Shown in pieces: positions 46,205 through 58,659 of a DNA stretch of 64,000 nucleotides. The notes beneath the pieces were generated by a model, which saw only the letters and a program-made list of their open reading frames with translations, was not told the DNA's origin and ran no database searches. Source of the DNA: Octopus sinensis (lineage: Eukaryota); assembly GCF_006345805.1 (NCBI RefSeq), contig NC_043010.1, positions 53,320,001-53,384,000 on the forward strand. The letters run 5' to 3'. How positions within the stretch are numbered: position 1 is the stretch's first letter; each line of letters opens with the position of its first letter. The position numbers and the translations under genes are program-made.

Positions 46205-46495
46205 TCTTTACAGCTGTTTCAAAGATTCGGTGACTGGTTCGAAGCAATCTTTATGCACAGCAATTAAGGAAAGAATTACATTGATATCTTCAAAGTAGAA
46301 CCGCCGAATATTTTCATCGGAAGTATGGGTAACAAATGCGATTCCAGCTTGAAGATATTAGATATAATACTTCATGTGAATAGAATATATTTTTGCATAT
46401 TTGCTGATTATAATGATTTCCTCCATTATGTAAGCCAGTTTGCATTATATGAATCAGAGCTTAACCAGTCGTCGAATCTTTGAAACAGCTGTAGA
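46205..46495. repeat. Palindrome with GAAACAGCTGTA hammerhead-type ends
   Basis: tacagctgtttcaaagattcggtgactggtt pairs with aaccagtcgtcgaatctttgaaacagctgta; inner stem atatcttcaa/ttgaagatat. Confidence 0.75.
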
Positions 46496-46639
46496 GAACT
46501 ATTTTAATGTATTACTTCCCATGTATATGTAACAGCTCATATAAATGTCTTTGTGGGATATATATTTATTTATCCATTTTTTGTCTCATTTTATACATAC
46601 GCATATATATACATAGAAACATCTATATATATACATATA

Positions 46640-46675
<36 letters not shown>

Positions 46676-47299
46676 TAAATGTATGTATGTATATATACAT
46701 ACATATATACATACATACGTATGCACACATTCGCTCATATACATATGCAAACACACAAATACATACACACACATACACACACTATCGTATGAAGATATCG
46801 AGATACACGTGCGCATACACATGGGCGTACTTCTATGTATACACACCTACTTACCGAAACTATTTAGCCCCAGATTACCCCCAGTATTTAACCTTATTTA
46901 TCTACTATTCTACCATACCTTCTATTTTGACCTATCTTTCATATTCACAGCTTATCTCTATATACATTATTAATCATTTTACTCACAGTTCGATCTACTT
47001 TCTAGCCATATTAGCTATCTGAACTTATTTTACACACTCATCTTCACATTTATGGTCCTTAAAAAAATTCGGAACTTCCTTTCCTCTTCGTTTCTTTTCG
47101 CCAATTTAGTTTGTCATATCTTTATGTACTATGCTATTTCCTATCTCACATTAAGCCAGCCTTCTTAGAAGATTTTATTTTGGTTTTATTCCATTGTAGT
47201 TTTATTTATTTAGAACATTTTAACATTTTTTTTTCTCCCCACCCTCATTTTACGACCAGAGCTTAGAATTCATAACCATTTAATATAATGGTATATTTA

Positions 47300-47349
47300 A
47301 TATAATGCAATATATATATATATTATCTATATATATATATATATATAGT

Positions 47350-47381
<32 letters not shown>

Positions 47382-47490
47382 TATAACGTAGATATTCACA
47401 GATCTATATATACATATATACACAGATATATATACATATATATGCACATGCATATACATTTATATATAAATATGCATATACATATATCAC

Positions 47491-47533
<43 letters not shown>

Positions 47534-47712
47534 AATATATACATATATATACATATATATATATATAATATATATATATATATACATAGCATATATATAT
47601 ATAATACATACACTATATATACATATATATTATATATAATATATATATTATATATATAATATATATATATTTCTATATATATATTATATATATTATACCC
47701 ATACACATACAT
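47300..47712. repeat. Degenerate (TA)n/(CATA)n tract
   Basis: Direct inspection. Confidence 0.95.
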
Positions 47713-48083
47713 ATGTTCGTATTTTACTTAACGTTACTTTACCCAGTCTTATAGTAACATGTTGTTCACCATCATCTCATAGCCGATGTTATTCAATTTA
47801 ATTATCTCAAACCTACAACTCTAATAAATATTTCTTCTCCATTTTTTTTTTCGTTTGGAAATTCTAATTATGCCTATTGGCCCTTCAAGAATCTAATCAT
47901 CCTATTTATCTAATATTAAAGAGGTTTTACCGTCACAATTTTTATTGTCCGTTTATGTATGTCTTAACCTATTAATTTATTTGTTTATGTAAATATCTTT
48001 ATATTAGTATCGCTTCCTTGTATTCACCTAGATCATCCATGCCACCCCTCTACAACGTAATCTCTTTATATAAAAAAAAAACA

Positions 48084-48375
48084 TCGCCATTTTCAAGCCT
48101 AGCTAGGCTCATGGGCCCGGTTTCCCGGTTTCTGTGGCGTATGTGTTCCCCACTCCCTGCTGGACTGGACGCCTGTCCATCGCAACGTTACTCGAGAAAC
48201 AGGAAGAGAGAGTGAGAGAAAGTTGTGGCGAAAGAGTACAACAGGGGTCGCCACCGCCTTCTGTGGAGCCTCGTGGAGCTTTAGGTGTTTTCGCTCAATA
48301 AACACATACAGCGCCCGGTCTGGGAATCGAAACCGCGAATCCGCGGCCCTAACCACTGGGCCATTGCGCCTCCAC
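48084..48375 (-). mobile_element. V-domain-like SINE (family D), full length
   Basis: Reverse complement of the family D consensus, including gcgatggacaggcgtccagtccag. Confidence 0.88.
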
Positions 48376-48429
48376 AATTTCTTTATATACCCACTCGTTT
48401 TCCAAGAAAGGATTTTAATAATTCCTTCT

Positions 48430-48656
48430 ACTGTAATTACTAGACCGGTAATTTTGTTGTGGAAAGGGTTAGTCGATCCCATCAACCCCGGTGCTCAACA
48501 GGCAGGCACTTTGGCAGGCACTTTATCTCATCAACTCCGAAAGGACGAAAGGTAAAGTCAACCTCAACGGAATTAGGACTCAGAGCGTAAAAAACCAAAG
48601 AAACGCCATCATGCATTTAATCTAGCGTGCTGACGACTCCGTCAGTTCGCTGCCTT
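48430..48656 (-). mobile_element. Diverged Meta-like SINE
   Basis: ccgaaaggacgaaaggtaaagtcaacctcaacggaatt...gcgtgctgacgactcc. Confidence 0.7.
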
Positions 48657-48717
48657 GTCTGGTTTCAATAGCAAAAGATATTTTCTTCTTTCAATTACAC
48701 TTTATATTATTATATCT

Positions 48718-48960
48718 GTGGAGGCGCAGTGGCCCAGTTGTTAGGGTAGCGGTCTCGCGGTCGTGGTTCCGATTCCCAGACCGGGCGTTGTGAGTGTTTA
48801 TTGAGCAAAAACACTTAAAGCCCCACGATTCTCCAGTAGGTGTGGTGGCGAACCCTGTTGTACTCTTTCACCATAACTTTCTCTCACTCTTTGTTTCTGT
48901 TGTACCTGTATTTCAAAAGATCGACTGGAACACTCGTAACCGACGGAGTGCCTCGATATT
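48718..48960 (+). mobile_element. Family D SINE head with an alternative 3' part
   Basis: gtggaggcgcagtggcccag...tttctctcactct followed by gttgtacctgtatttcaaaagatcgactgg instead of the V domain. Confidence 0.7.
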
Positions 48961-49552
48961 ATTATATACCTGAAGTTTACTTTAATACTTCTTTTTCTCT
49001 CGTTGATATTTATTCAATTAACATCCATTTATTTTTAAATTACTTTGCATCCTTCATTTATCTCACTAGTCATCAACTAATTCTGATGGGAAAAAAACAT
49101 TTTTTTCTAAACTATCATAGCCATAGTACACTCACTTTATTATCTAACCCTTAGCGTTAAGTATTTTCATCTAAAATCCACCCATTTTCATTTAAAAATA
49201 ACCCATTGGAGTTATTTAAAACGATCAGCGTCTTCTTGTTTTGGTTATTTCCAGGGTCTTTCACACTATAAATACTGAAAGTCATTATATTATTCTGCCG
49301 ACGGAAGTTACTTAACGACACAATGCACATCTATTACCCACGAATGTGGCTACAGCATAAACCGTGGGATCCCGAAACAGCTGTCGAGTTACAACTATTA
49401 CAAAACTCCTTTTGTTTACTTTATTCCGTTATTTGTAATTTGTGTTCCATGTAAATATATGCATTAAGCTTACGTGTGTTCATCTTCCTTTCTACCTAAA
49501 ATATATGTGTGCGCGTGTGTGTGAATGAGTGCATGTATATATTATGTGTGTG

Positions 49553-49598
<46 letters not shown>

Positions 49599-49627
49599 AT
49601 ATATATGACATACACATATATTAATAT

Positions 49628-50465
49628 AAATGACGGTCTTCCACAGTTTCCGGCTAGCAAATTCACTCACAAGGCTTTGGTCGGCCCGCGGGGACAATAG
49701 CAGGACACACTCATCCAAAGTACCTCACAGTGGCACTGATCCTCCAAGCTCATGGCTTCAAAGTGATTTTCCCGACTGAAATGTTTATCTGTTCATGGAA
49801 TCTGCTGCTTTAGGAGTTGACCGAGTATGAAATAAGAAGATCAACTCTAATATCTGTCGGATCCTTAATGAATTATAGCATTATCCCCCACACTTCTGCC
49901 GCCACCATCACCATCACTACTAAACCCTTCTGTGGAATTAGCGGCCATTTTAACAATACACAAAACAGTTCAATTCACTTCGTTACAATCTGAACACAGA
50001 CGGCCATACTTATATTTTGTTTGTTCCAGTCATTGAACTGTTTTAGCCGTGTTGAGGAAAAGCATTAAGGTGTCTTCTCCAACAAATTGAAACCCAGAGC
50101 TTATTTTTATGTGTGGCACTTATTGTATCGCTCACTTTTGCCGAACCGCTAATCGACATGACCCAAAACAAACACCGACTGTCAAGCTTTTGGGGTGGAG
50201 AACAAAGGCAAAAACAAAGGCACGTACATACATATGTGTATGTGTGTATGTATTTACGTATAAGCGCAGGAGTTGCTGTGTGGTAAGTAGCTTGCTTACC
50301 AACCACATGGTTCCTGGTAGTCTCACTGCGTGGCACCTTGGGCTAGTGTCTTCTATTTAGCCTCGGACTGACCAAAGCCTTGTGAATGGATTTGGTTGAC
50401 GGAAATTGAAAGAAGCTCCAGCATGACCGCAGTCAAATGACTGAAACAAATAAAAGAATAAAAGA
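49628..50465. mobile_element. Cluster of family A SINE fragments
   Basis: 5' half (-) 49628-49780, 3' half (-) 50010-50230, internally deleted copy (+) 50263-50465. Confidence 0.75.
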
Positions 50466-50959
50466 ATATGTATTGCTTGGAAATTGAAAACAAATGTGCA
50501 TATTAAGAGGCTAAAAAGGAAAACACGGCTAGAGAGCTGTACCATATATGTCGGCGAATAAGAAACAAGGTTTTTTATTGTTAAAGACCACAGCATACAC
50601 AGTTCAGAATTGAGCCTTTAGACCTGTGAGAGCCCCGGATGCCAGCGCAGTATGTCTATGCATGTCTATGGATAAAAGCAGTTCTGGTAGAAGCCCTTAG
50701 CAGCCAAGCCTTATTCCAAGAACGATGACCAATTTATATGCCAGATTAGAACTCGCTTATCTTGTGGATTCTTGCAGCAGAAACACACGTTTCTTAAATC
50801 AAAGGCGATCTTCCGTTAACACTTAACGCCTGCACAACATCAAACTATGTCTAACCACAAACTGAACACATCCAGCAGATCACTGGAAAACCAAGGAAAT
50901 TTCGAGAACACTTCACCAAGCCATTTTGAACTGGAAACAAAAATCAAAACAATTTTAAG

Positions 50960-51290
50960 TGGTAGTAGTAGTAGTAGTAGTAGTAGTAGTATGGCTTCTG
51001 TTGGGCCACAACCATTGTCATCATCATCATCATCATCATCGCCATCGTCCTCATTATCACCGGCAACGTCATCGTCATCGTTGTCGTCGTTGTTGTCGTC
51101 GCCGTCGCCATCTTCGACGATTTCGGCGTCATCGTCGTCGTCGTCATCGTCGTCGTCGTCGTCGACGGTGACGGTGCCGTTGTCGTCAACCTCGTCATCA
51201 TCATCATCATCTTCATCATCATCATCATTGTTATATGTCTATATGTTACCAACCATCGTCGTTGACGCCGTCGTCGATGTTCAACAGAAT
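50960..51290. repeat. (TAG)n/(CAT)n/(CGT)n trinucleotide tract
   Basis: Direct inspection; source of ORFs 50847..51438. Confidence 0.92.
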
Positions 51291-51339
51291 ATTCCTGTCG
51301 AACACGCCAAGAATCCTTTGCTAATGACGCGATAGCATG

Positions 51340-51371
<32 letters not shown>

Positions 51372-51593
51372 CACACATACATACAAACAGATATATACAT
51401 ACATATATACATATCGACACGCCCATACATACATACATACGTACTTACATATACATATATGTGTGTATGTGTGTATATATATATATGTGTGTGTGTACGT
51501 ATATGTATCTATGCATTTTTACAACACCACCCACACACCACACAAACCACACACATACACACACACATATACACACACACAAGACATATACAC

Positions 51594-51651
<58 letters not shown>

Positions 51652-51818
51652 TATATATTATATATAGATATATATATATATCAACGTACGAATATATGAA
51701 ATATACCAAATGTATACATACTTAGATATATATTTATATACGCAAATATATCTACATACATATATATACACGCATATAAACATACACAAATATACAATAT
51801 ACGTATTATATATATATA

Positions 51819-51881
<63 letters not shown>

Positions 51882-52165
51882 CATACATACATACATGGGT
51901 ATAGGCGTACAGAGTATCTACACATGTATGTATGCATGCATGTATTGTGTTCGTGTATATAACACCTATGTGTGTCTGAGTGTGTATGCATGTGTATGTA
52001 TACGAGTATGGGGTACTTGGATATGTGCGCAGGCGCAGATATCTTGTTCTAAATTCGTAAGCATTTGTTTGGTTTTATATATGTAAAGGGTGTATGTAGG
52101 AGTATAGGTATTCATGTCTATATCTGTCCTTATAATATTAATGTGTATTTTCAATCAATGTATAC

Positions 52166-52203
<38 letters not shown>

Positions 52204-52529
52204 CGTATATATACATATATATATCTAAGCATGTCTATATACGTTTATCTATATATCTATGTCATTGATTTTCACACACAGACACTCACAGATATAGACA
52301 CATACATACACACACATATACTATATATATATATATGCGTGTGTGCATATGTGTGTTTGTATGGTGTGCGTGTGTGTGTGTGTGTGTTTTACATGTGAAA
52401 AATGTACATACATATATATATATATATATATACATCTATGTATAGATATGCATATGTACACTTTATACATGTGTGTGTGTATAAAGCTCTCTACATATGT
52501 GTGTGTTTAGATTTATACATATGAATATA

Positions 52530-52575
<46 letters not shown>

Positions 52576-52780
52576 TTGAATATATATATATATATGAATA
52601 TGTAAATATATATATATATTCTATGTATATGTACATTATGACGTATAAATATATGTATGTATGCATATATGTAGTATATATGTATGTATATATATATATA
52701 TATATATATGTTTGTATATATATATATATATATATATATATGCATATTATCTGTGTAATCTATAATATACCTCTGTGTTC
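51340..52780. repeat. 1.4-kb degenerate (TA)n/(CA)n/(TG)n low-complexity block
   Basis: Direct inspection. Confidence 0.92.
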
Positions 52781-53314
52781 GTCTCTATATGTACCTGTAT
52801 ATATATGCGTGTATACGTTTATCGATCGACTACGTTGAGACATAGAGTGGGAGAGGGGGGAGAGTGTAGAATGGTCTGTATGTGGTGTTAGTATTGGTGG
52901 TGGTGGTGGTGGTGGTGGTGGTGGTGGTGTGGTGGTGGGTGAGGGTGTTGGTGCTGGTAGTGAATCCATCTCTCTGCATAGCTGTACACTACTTATGACC
53001 CAACTGTCTCCCACGTATCGTAGACAGAGGCATTGATGTTGGCTGGCAGTGGCGAGAAAGGTGGAGATGGTGGTTGGTGGTTGGTGGCACTGCGACTGTA
53101 TAGTGTTAGTGTGTTTGTGTCTGTGTGTGTGGTCGCTTGCAAAAGGTAAGGTTAGTGTGCATGTGTGTGGGTGTGTGTGTGTGGTGTGTGTGTGTGTGTG
53201 ATGGCGTTGGGAATGATGGAGATGTAAAGATGGCTGCAATGCCTATAAATAGCCGTCCAGCTCTCTCTCTTGCTCTCTCTATATATATTTCTGCCTTTCT
53301 CTCCTTCTCTCTTC

Positions 53315-53350
<36 letters not shown>

Positions 53351-53765
53351 CGCTTATTCTATGTATATAAATGTAGTTCACTCAATATCAGCTTTTCTTA
53401 TACGTCCTACTCTCTCTCTCTTTCTTTCTCTCTCTTTCTCTCGCTTACCCTCTCTTTCTCTCTCTCTCTCTTATATATATATATATATATATATATATAA
53501 TCATTGTATGTATATATAAATGTGTATGTATTTGTATGGCCGTGTGGCTTAGTAGGTGGATGTACGTATGCGTGTATGTATTTCAATGTATGTATATATA
53601 TTTATGTAGGTAAGTATAGTCGTATGTAAGTGTAAGGGTATATAAATATATGTAACTGCTTTTGTGTATAAGTATATATGTGTATCTCTAACTGTCTCCC
53701 AGTCTCTCTCTCTATCTATCTATTTGTCTATCTATCGATCTCTCTGTTTATCTATCTTCCCCTCT

Positions 53766-53828
<63 letters not shown>

Positions 53829-53882
53829 TTACGTATTTCCTCCCTTTCTCTTTTCCTCTCGTCCACTCTCTTATAATTTCAT

Positions 53883-53970
53883 CTTGTCACTGCAATCTTG
53901 CTTAGTATCTCCTCTTTCTCTCTCTCCCTATCTATCTATCTATCTATCTATCTCTATCTCTCTCTTTCTT

Positions 53971-54001
<31 letters not shown>

Positions 54002-54122
54002 GCTCCTCTTCTCTCCATTCTCTTCCTTTCTCTCTCACTTAGATTACTCGAAGCTGTAAAGCTGTCACATACATTCGGCTTGTCACTGCAATCTTGCTTA
54101 GTATCTCTCTTTCTCTCTCTCC

Positions 54123-54156
<34 letters not shown>

Positions 54157-54298
54157 CTATCTCTCTCTTTCTTCTCTCTCTCTCTCTCTCTCTCTTCTCT
54201 CTTTCTCTGCTCCTCTTCTCTCCATTCTCTTCCTTTCTCTCTCACTTAGATTACTCGAAGCTGTAAAGCTGTCACATACATTCGGCTTGTCACTGCAA
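53883..54298 (+). repeat. Tandem duplication, units of 196 and 207 bp
   Basis: cttgtcactgcaat restarts at 53883, 54079 and 54286; units differ only in microsatellite length. Confidence 0.92.
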
Positions 54299-54369
54299 TA
54301 TAAAACGTGTGTGTCCTCTTGGTTGGAGGCGGTGAGGTGCTAATTGTGATAATGCTGCTCCTGCTGCTA

Positions 54370-54400
<31 letters not shown>

Positions 54401-54420
54401 CGATGACAACGACAATGACG

Positions 54421-54452
<32 letters not shown>

Positions 54453-54486
54453 GATGATGACGATGATGATGACAACGACAATGACG

Positions 54487-54518
<32 letters not shown>

Positions 54519-54552
54519 GATGATGATGATGACGATGACAACGACAATGACG

Positions 54553-54584
<32 letters not shown>

Positions 54585-54618
54585 GATGATGATGATGACG
54601 ATGACAACGACAATGACG

Positions 54619-54650
<32 letters not shown>

Positions 54651-54684
54651 GATGATGATGATGACGATGACAACGACAATGACG

Positions 54685-54716
<32 letters not shown>

Positions 54717-54750
54717 GATGATGACGATGACGATGACAACGACAATGACG

Positions 54751-54782
<32 letters not shown>

Positions 54783-54816
54783 GATGATGATGATGACGAT
54801 GACAACGACAATGACG

Positions 54817-54848
<32 letters not shown>

Positions 54849-54912
54849 GATGATGACGATGACGATGACAACGACAATGACGATGATGATGATGATGATG
54901 ATGGTGTTGGTG

Positions 54913-54945
<33 letters not shown>

Positions 54946-55010
54946 GTCATCATCGTCATCATCATTATCATCATCGTCATCATCGTCATCGTCATCATCG
55001 TCGTCATCAT
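54370..55010. repeat. Higher-order (GAT)n minisatellite followed by (CAT)n
   Basis: About nine copies of (gat)n-gacgatgacaacgacaatgac-(gat)n-ggt (about 57-63 bp). Confidence 0.95.
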
Positions 55011-55443
55011 GTGTAGGAGGCTGTGGTGGATGAAGATGCTGGTGGTACGATGACAAATTGTGGTGGTAGTGATGCAGATGGAGATGATGATATTCCTCGT
55101 AGTAATGAGGGGGTGCTGGTGGTGGTGGTGGTGGTGGTGGTGGTGGTGGTGGTGGAAGTGATGGTGGTAGGTAAAGTGCCTATTGATGTTGAAAGTGATG
55201 ATGAACGCTCTGGTGGTGTTGGTGTTGTTGTTCTTGGTGGTGGTGGTGATGGTGGTGGTGGTGGTAATAGTGGATGAGTGATGGTGGATTTAGTATTGAC
55301 CATGGCATTCCTTGTTTGTAGAGAATTAAAACGTAAAGTCGGGGGAAGTTGGGGAGGGAAGGTTATTAGACTTCGTGTGGTCAGTAGATTTAGCAATAGT
55401 AGTGGTTGTGCTTAGGTCAGCGAAGGAGGGGTGATTTGCGGCG

Positions 55444-55505
<62 letters not shown>

Positions 55506-55591
55506 GGTGGTGCTGGTGCTGGTGCTGGTGCTGGGGTCAATCCTGTTTGAGCAGACACATGATAACGAAAAATATTCCAGCCACGACCTTC

Positions 55592-56010
55592 TTAGTTCTT
55601 CATTGCCCACAAAGGGCTAAACATAGAGAGGACAAACAAGAACAGACAGACGGATTAAGTCGCTTATATCGACCCCAGTGCGTAACTGGTACTTATTTAA
55701 TCGACCCCGAAAGGATGAAAGGCAAAGTTAACCTCGGCGGAATTTGAACTAAGAATGTTGCGGCAGACGAAATACCTATTTCTTTACTACCCACAAGGGG
55801 CTAAACACAGAGAGGACAAACAAGGACAGACAAGCGGATTAAGTCGATTACATCGACCCCAGTGCGTAACTGGTACTTATTTAATCGATCCCGAAAGGAT
55901 GAAAGGCAAAATTGACCTCGGCGGAATTTGAACTCAGAACGTAACTGCAGACGAAATATCGCTAAGCATTTCGCCCGGCGTGCTAACGTTTCTGCCAGCT
56001 CGCCGCCTTA
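55592..56010 (-). mobile_element. Meta-like SINE dimer inside one 15-bp TSD
   Basis: Full copy about 55775-56008 followed by a 5'-truncated copy 55592-55775; ccagccacgaccttc at 55577-55591 and 56013-56027. Confidence 0.88.
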
Positions 56011-56366
56011 TCCCAGCCACGACCTTCACCAGCCCCAATCCACCCACTAAGACCACATCGTACAACGTGCCTTGTATTTGCCGTTCCGAATAACGGTAGG
56101 GTTGTATGATTTCACGAAGATATGATTGTGGCCAGTCCCTCGTCACAACAGCGGTTTACTCACCGGCTTGAATAACGGTGGTAATGACAGTTGTTCGTGT
56201 TGATTGACCTCTAAGGTCTCCCCTATGACTAAAGCCTTTCTAGCCGTAAGCACGCTGTGCCGGTAACCATCTTCAAAATTAACTGAGATTAACCGTCATT
56301 TGCATATGTTTGGAAAACGTGTTTTGCATTTTTATCGATAATTTAGCATGTAAATACACTGTATAT

Positions 56367-56670
56367 GTGAAGGCGCATGGCTCAGTGGTTAGAGTGTTGC
56401 GCTCACAACCATGAGGTAGTGAGTTCGATTACCGGACCGAGCTGTGTGTTGTATTCTTGAACAAGACACTTTAGTTCGAGTTGCGAGGTCACTAGTGCCA
56501 AGCTGCATCGTCCTTTGCCTTTCCCTTGGATAACATCTGCGGCGCTGGAAAAGGAAGTGATGGCATGTGAGGGCGTCTGGTGGACTTCTATAGACAAATT
56601 TGCCCGGACTTATAGCTGAGAAGGGAATTTTCTAAGTTCAATCCCATTCAAATCCATGACCGAAACGGGG
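56367..56670 (+). mobile_element. CORE-like SINE family B, internally deleted
   Basis: gtgaaggcgcatggctcagtggttagag...ccatgaccgaaacgggg. Confidence 0.82.
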
Positions 56671-57594
56671 ATTTTTACCTTTACTATGCTTTACAAAAGC
56701 ATCACTGGTCTGTAAAAACCTTACCAATCTTTAGACAATTCGAGCAATCAAATCTGCGCAAAATATTCTCTTTGATAATGACTTTCATTTTCTGGTTGTT
56801 TTGAGGACTATTTAAGAAGGTAGAAGTTATTGGATCTTTCTTCTCCCAGAGTCGATTTGTATCAAGTTTTCAGTCTTCACAGAACAGAGATCGATCATTC
56901 ATTCATTACAAAACCAACCGAGAGAGAAAGTAGTAACAACAAGACCGAATATTTGAAAAGAGGTAAATGTTTATGAAGAAACACATAGACTTGTTGACAG
57001 TGTGGTGATTTTCTTGGATACGATTCCAGAATTTATTGTTCACCAAATATCTACTTCCTAAAAAAAAAAATTGGGATTTAGTATTTCTTTGTTAGATTGG
57101 TTCTTGAAAGGTGTTAAAATTTGATATCTTCTGATCAAGTTTTCAGAAAACAAGATACTGAGTTTGTAGTACAGACATTAAGTCGATGGGAAATCTTGCT
57201 TTTAGTTAGAGTTAGGATCAATAAAGAGGTGTTAAGAGTTTCTATGGAAATATTCTTCAGTTAAGTTAATCGCAGTGTTTCGTCGTAACTTTCTTCGTCA
57301 GTTCGTTGAACAGTTTTAGATCCCATGTTAATTTCATTTGCAATACCGTGAAATACAGTCACGTCTTCGATCCCCATAAACTGATATTAATTTCTGTCTA
57401 TCAGTTGTAGCGGATTAAGTAGAGTAGGGCCTCTTGACCGCTGTCATACAGACTCAACGCTGTATGGACATGCTCTGGTGTCCACGTGAAGTAGTCTTCC
57501 TGCTTAAGAGTTAATTAGATGGGAAGAGCTTCAAAGTCAAGCTTAGGAGAACAGGATACTAACATAAATGAACTGTAGATAAAACGGCGAAGGG

Positions 57595-57990
57595 AAGGAG
57601 AAACCATGGCTGTATCCTTCCAGGCGGTGTGATAAGAGGATCTCTTCCAAATCACATGGTTTTGGGTTCAGTTCCACTGCGTGACACACTGGGTAAATGT
57701 CTACTTTTACAGCTTGGAGCCGACCAAAGCCTTGTGAGTGGATTTCGTAGGCGGAAACTGAAAGAAGCTTGTTATGTGTGCCGATGTGTGTGTGCGTTTG
57801 TCTTCTATCACTTACCGCTTGACAACCGGTGTTGGTGTGTTTACATTCCGTAACTTAGCGGCTCGGCAACAGAGATCGATAGAATAAGTATTAGGCTTTG
57901 AAAACAATAATTACGGGGGTTGATTTCTTCGACTAAAACCTTCAAGGCGGTGCCCCTAGTATGACTGTAGTCTAATGAAATAAGTAAAAG
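57595..57990 (+). mobile_element. Diverged CORE-like SINE family A
   Basis: aatcacatggttttgggttcagttccactgcgtgacac...gactgtagtctaatgaaataagtaaaag. Confidence 0.8.
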
Positions 57991-58659
57991 ACGAGAAAAC
58001 GAAAAAAATAATTATCTACGAACCATGGCATGGAGATTTCCGATTGCCAATGCGTGTAGACATGACACATGAAGGGAGACCACATTTCTACTGAATGAAC
58101 AATCGTTTCATCTCAACTATTTGCTACAATGACTACGTCTCAAACGGAAACTGTGTAAATCGCAAGAGGATTATTTTTCTTTCATTTTTTGAAATATTCT
58201 CCTGTGATTATCAATGTGTGGGTTTTAAAAATCTAGAGATTTGTTGCAATCATAAATTATACCCAAATGTTATTTAATATATTAACTCGATTTATCCATA
58301 ATAAATAAATAATAAATAAATAAATAAATAAAAGAGAAATTTAAAACATCCGAAAAAAATTTCCTCAACAAAGTAATCGTACTAATAACCACTTTGAACA
58401 TTAAATATAATTAGTTTTTATTTATGATCTGAGATTGCTGTAAAAATCATTTTTAATTTACTGAACTAAGTATTTTTTTGATGAAATACGAGCATGAACC
58501 TATTCAGAATACCAAAGTGTATTTAACCTCAAAGTATTTTGTAGTCAACAAAAATTATACATAACGTAGACGTACATAAATTCTAGCATCACGCCACTCT
58601 ATTTTGGCTAACGTATTATTCTAATAGTGAACTATCTTCTGCAGTGCAACGTTTGTATC

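Noticed and set aside
50847-51438. 162-aa Ser-rich ORF and its antisense partners
   Set aside because: Mostly (TAG)n, (CAT)n and (CGT)n repeats; the unique N-terminal part shows no recognisable motif.
3052-53905. Dozens of YI/CV/HT/LS-repeat ORFs
   Set aside because: Translations of dinucleotide and tetranucleotide microsatellites.
54246-55396. Long ORFs (up to 254 aa) of poly-M, D, H, S or I
   Set aside because: Pure trinucleotide repeats keep several frames open on both strands; there is no unique coding content.
57255-57310. Minus-strand CTGACGA...GAAAC motif and a possible PLE N-terminal relic nearby
   Set aside because: Stem II does not pair and there is no GUH triplet; the protein resemblance is too fragmentary to call.
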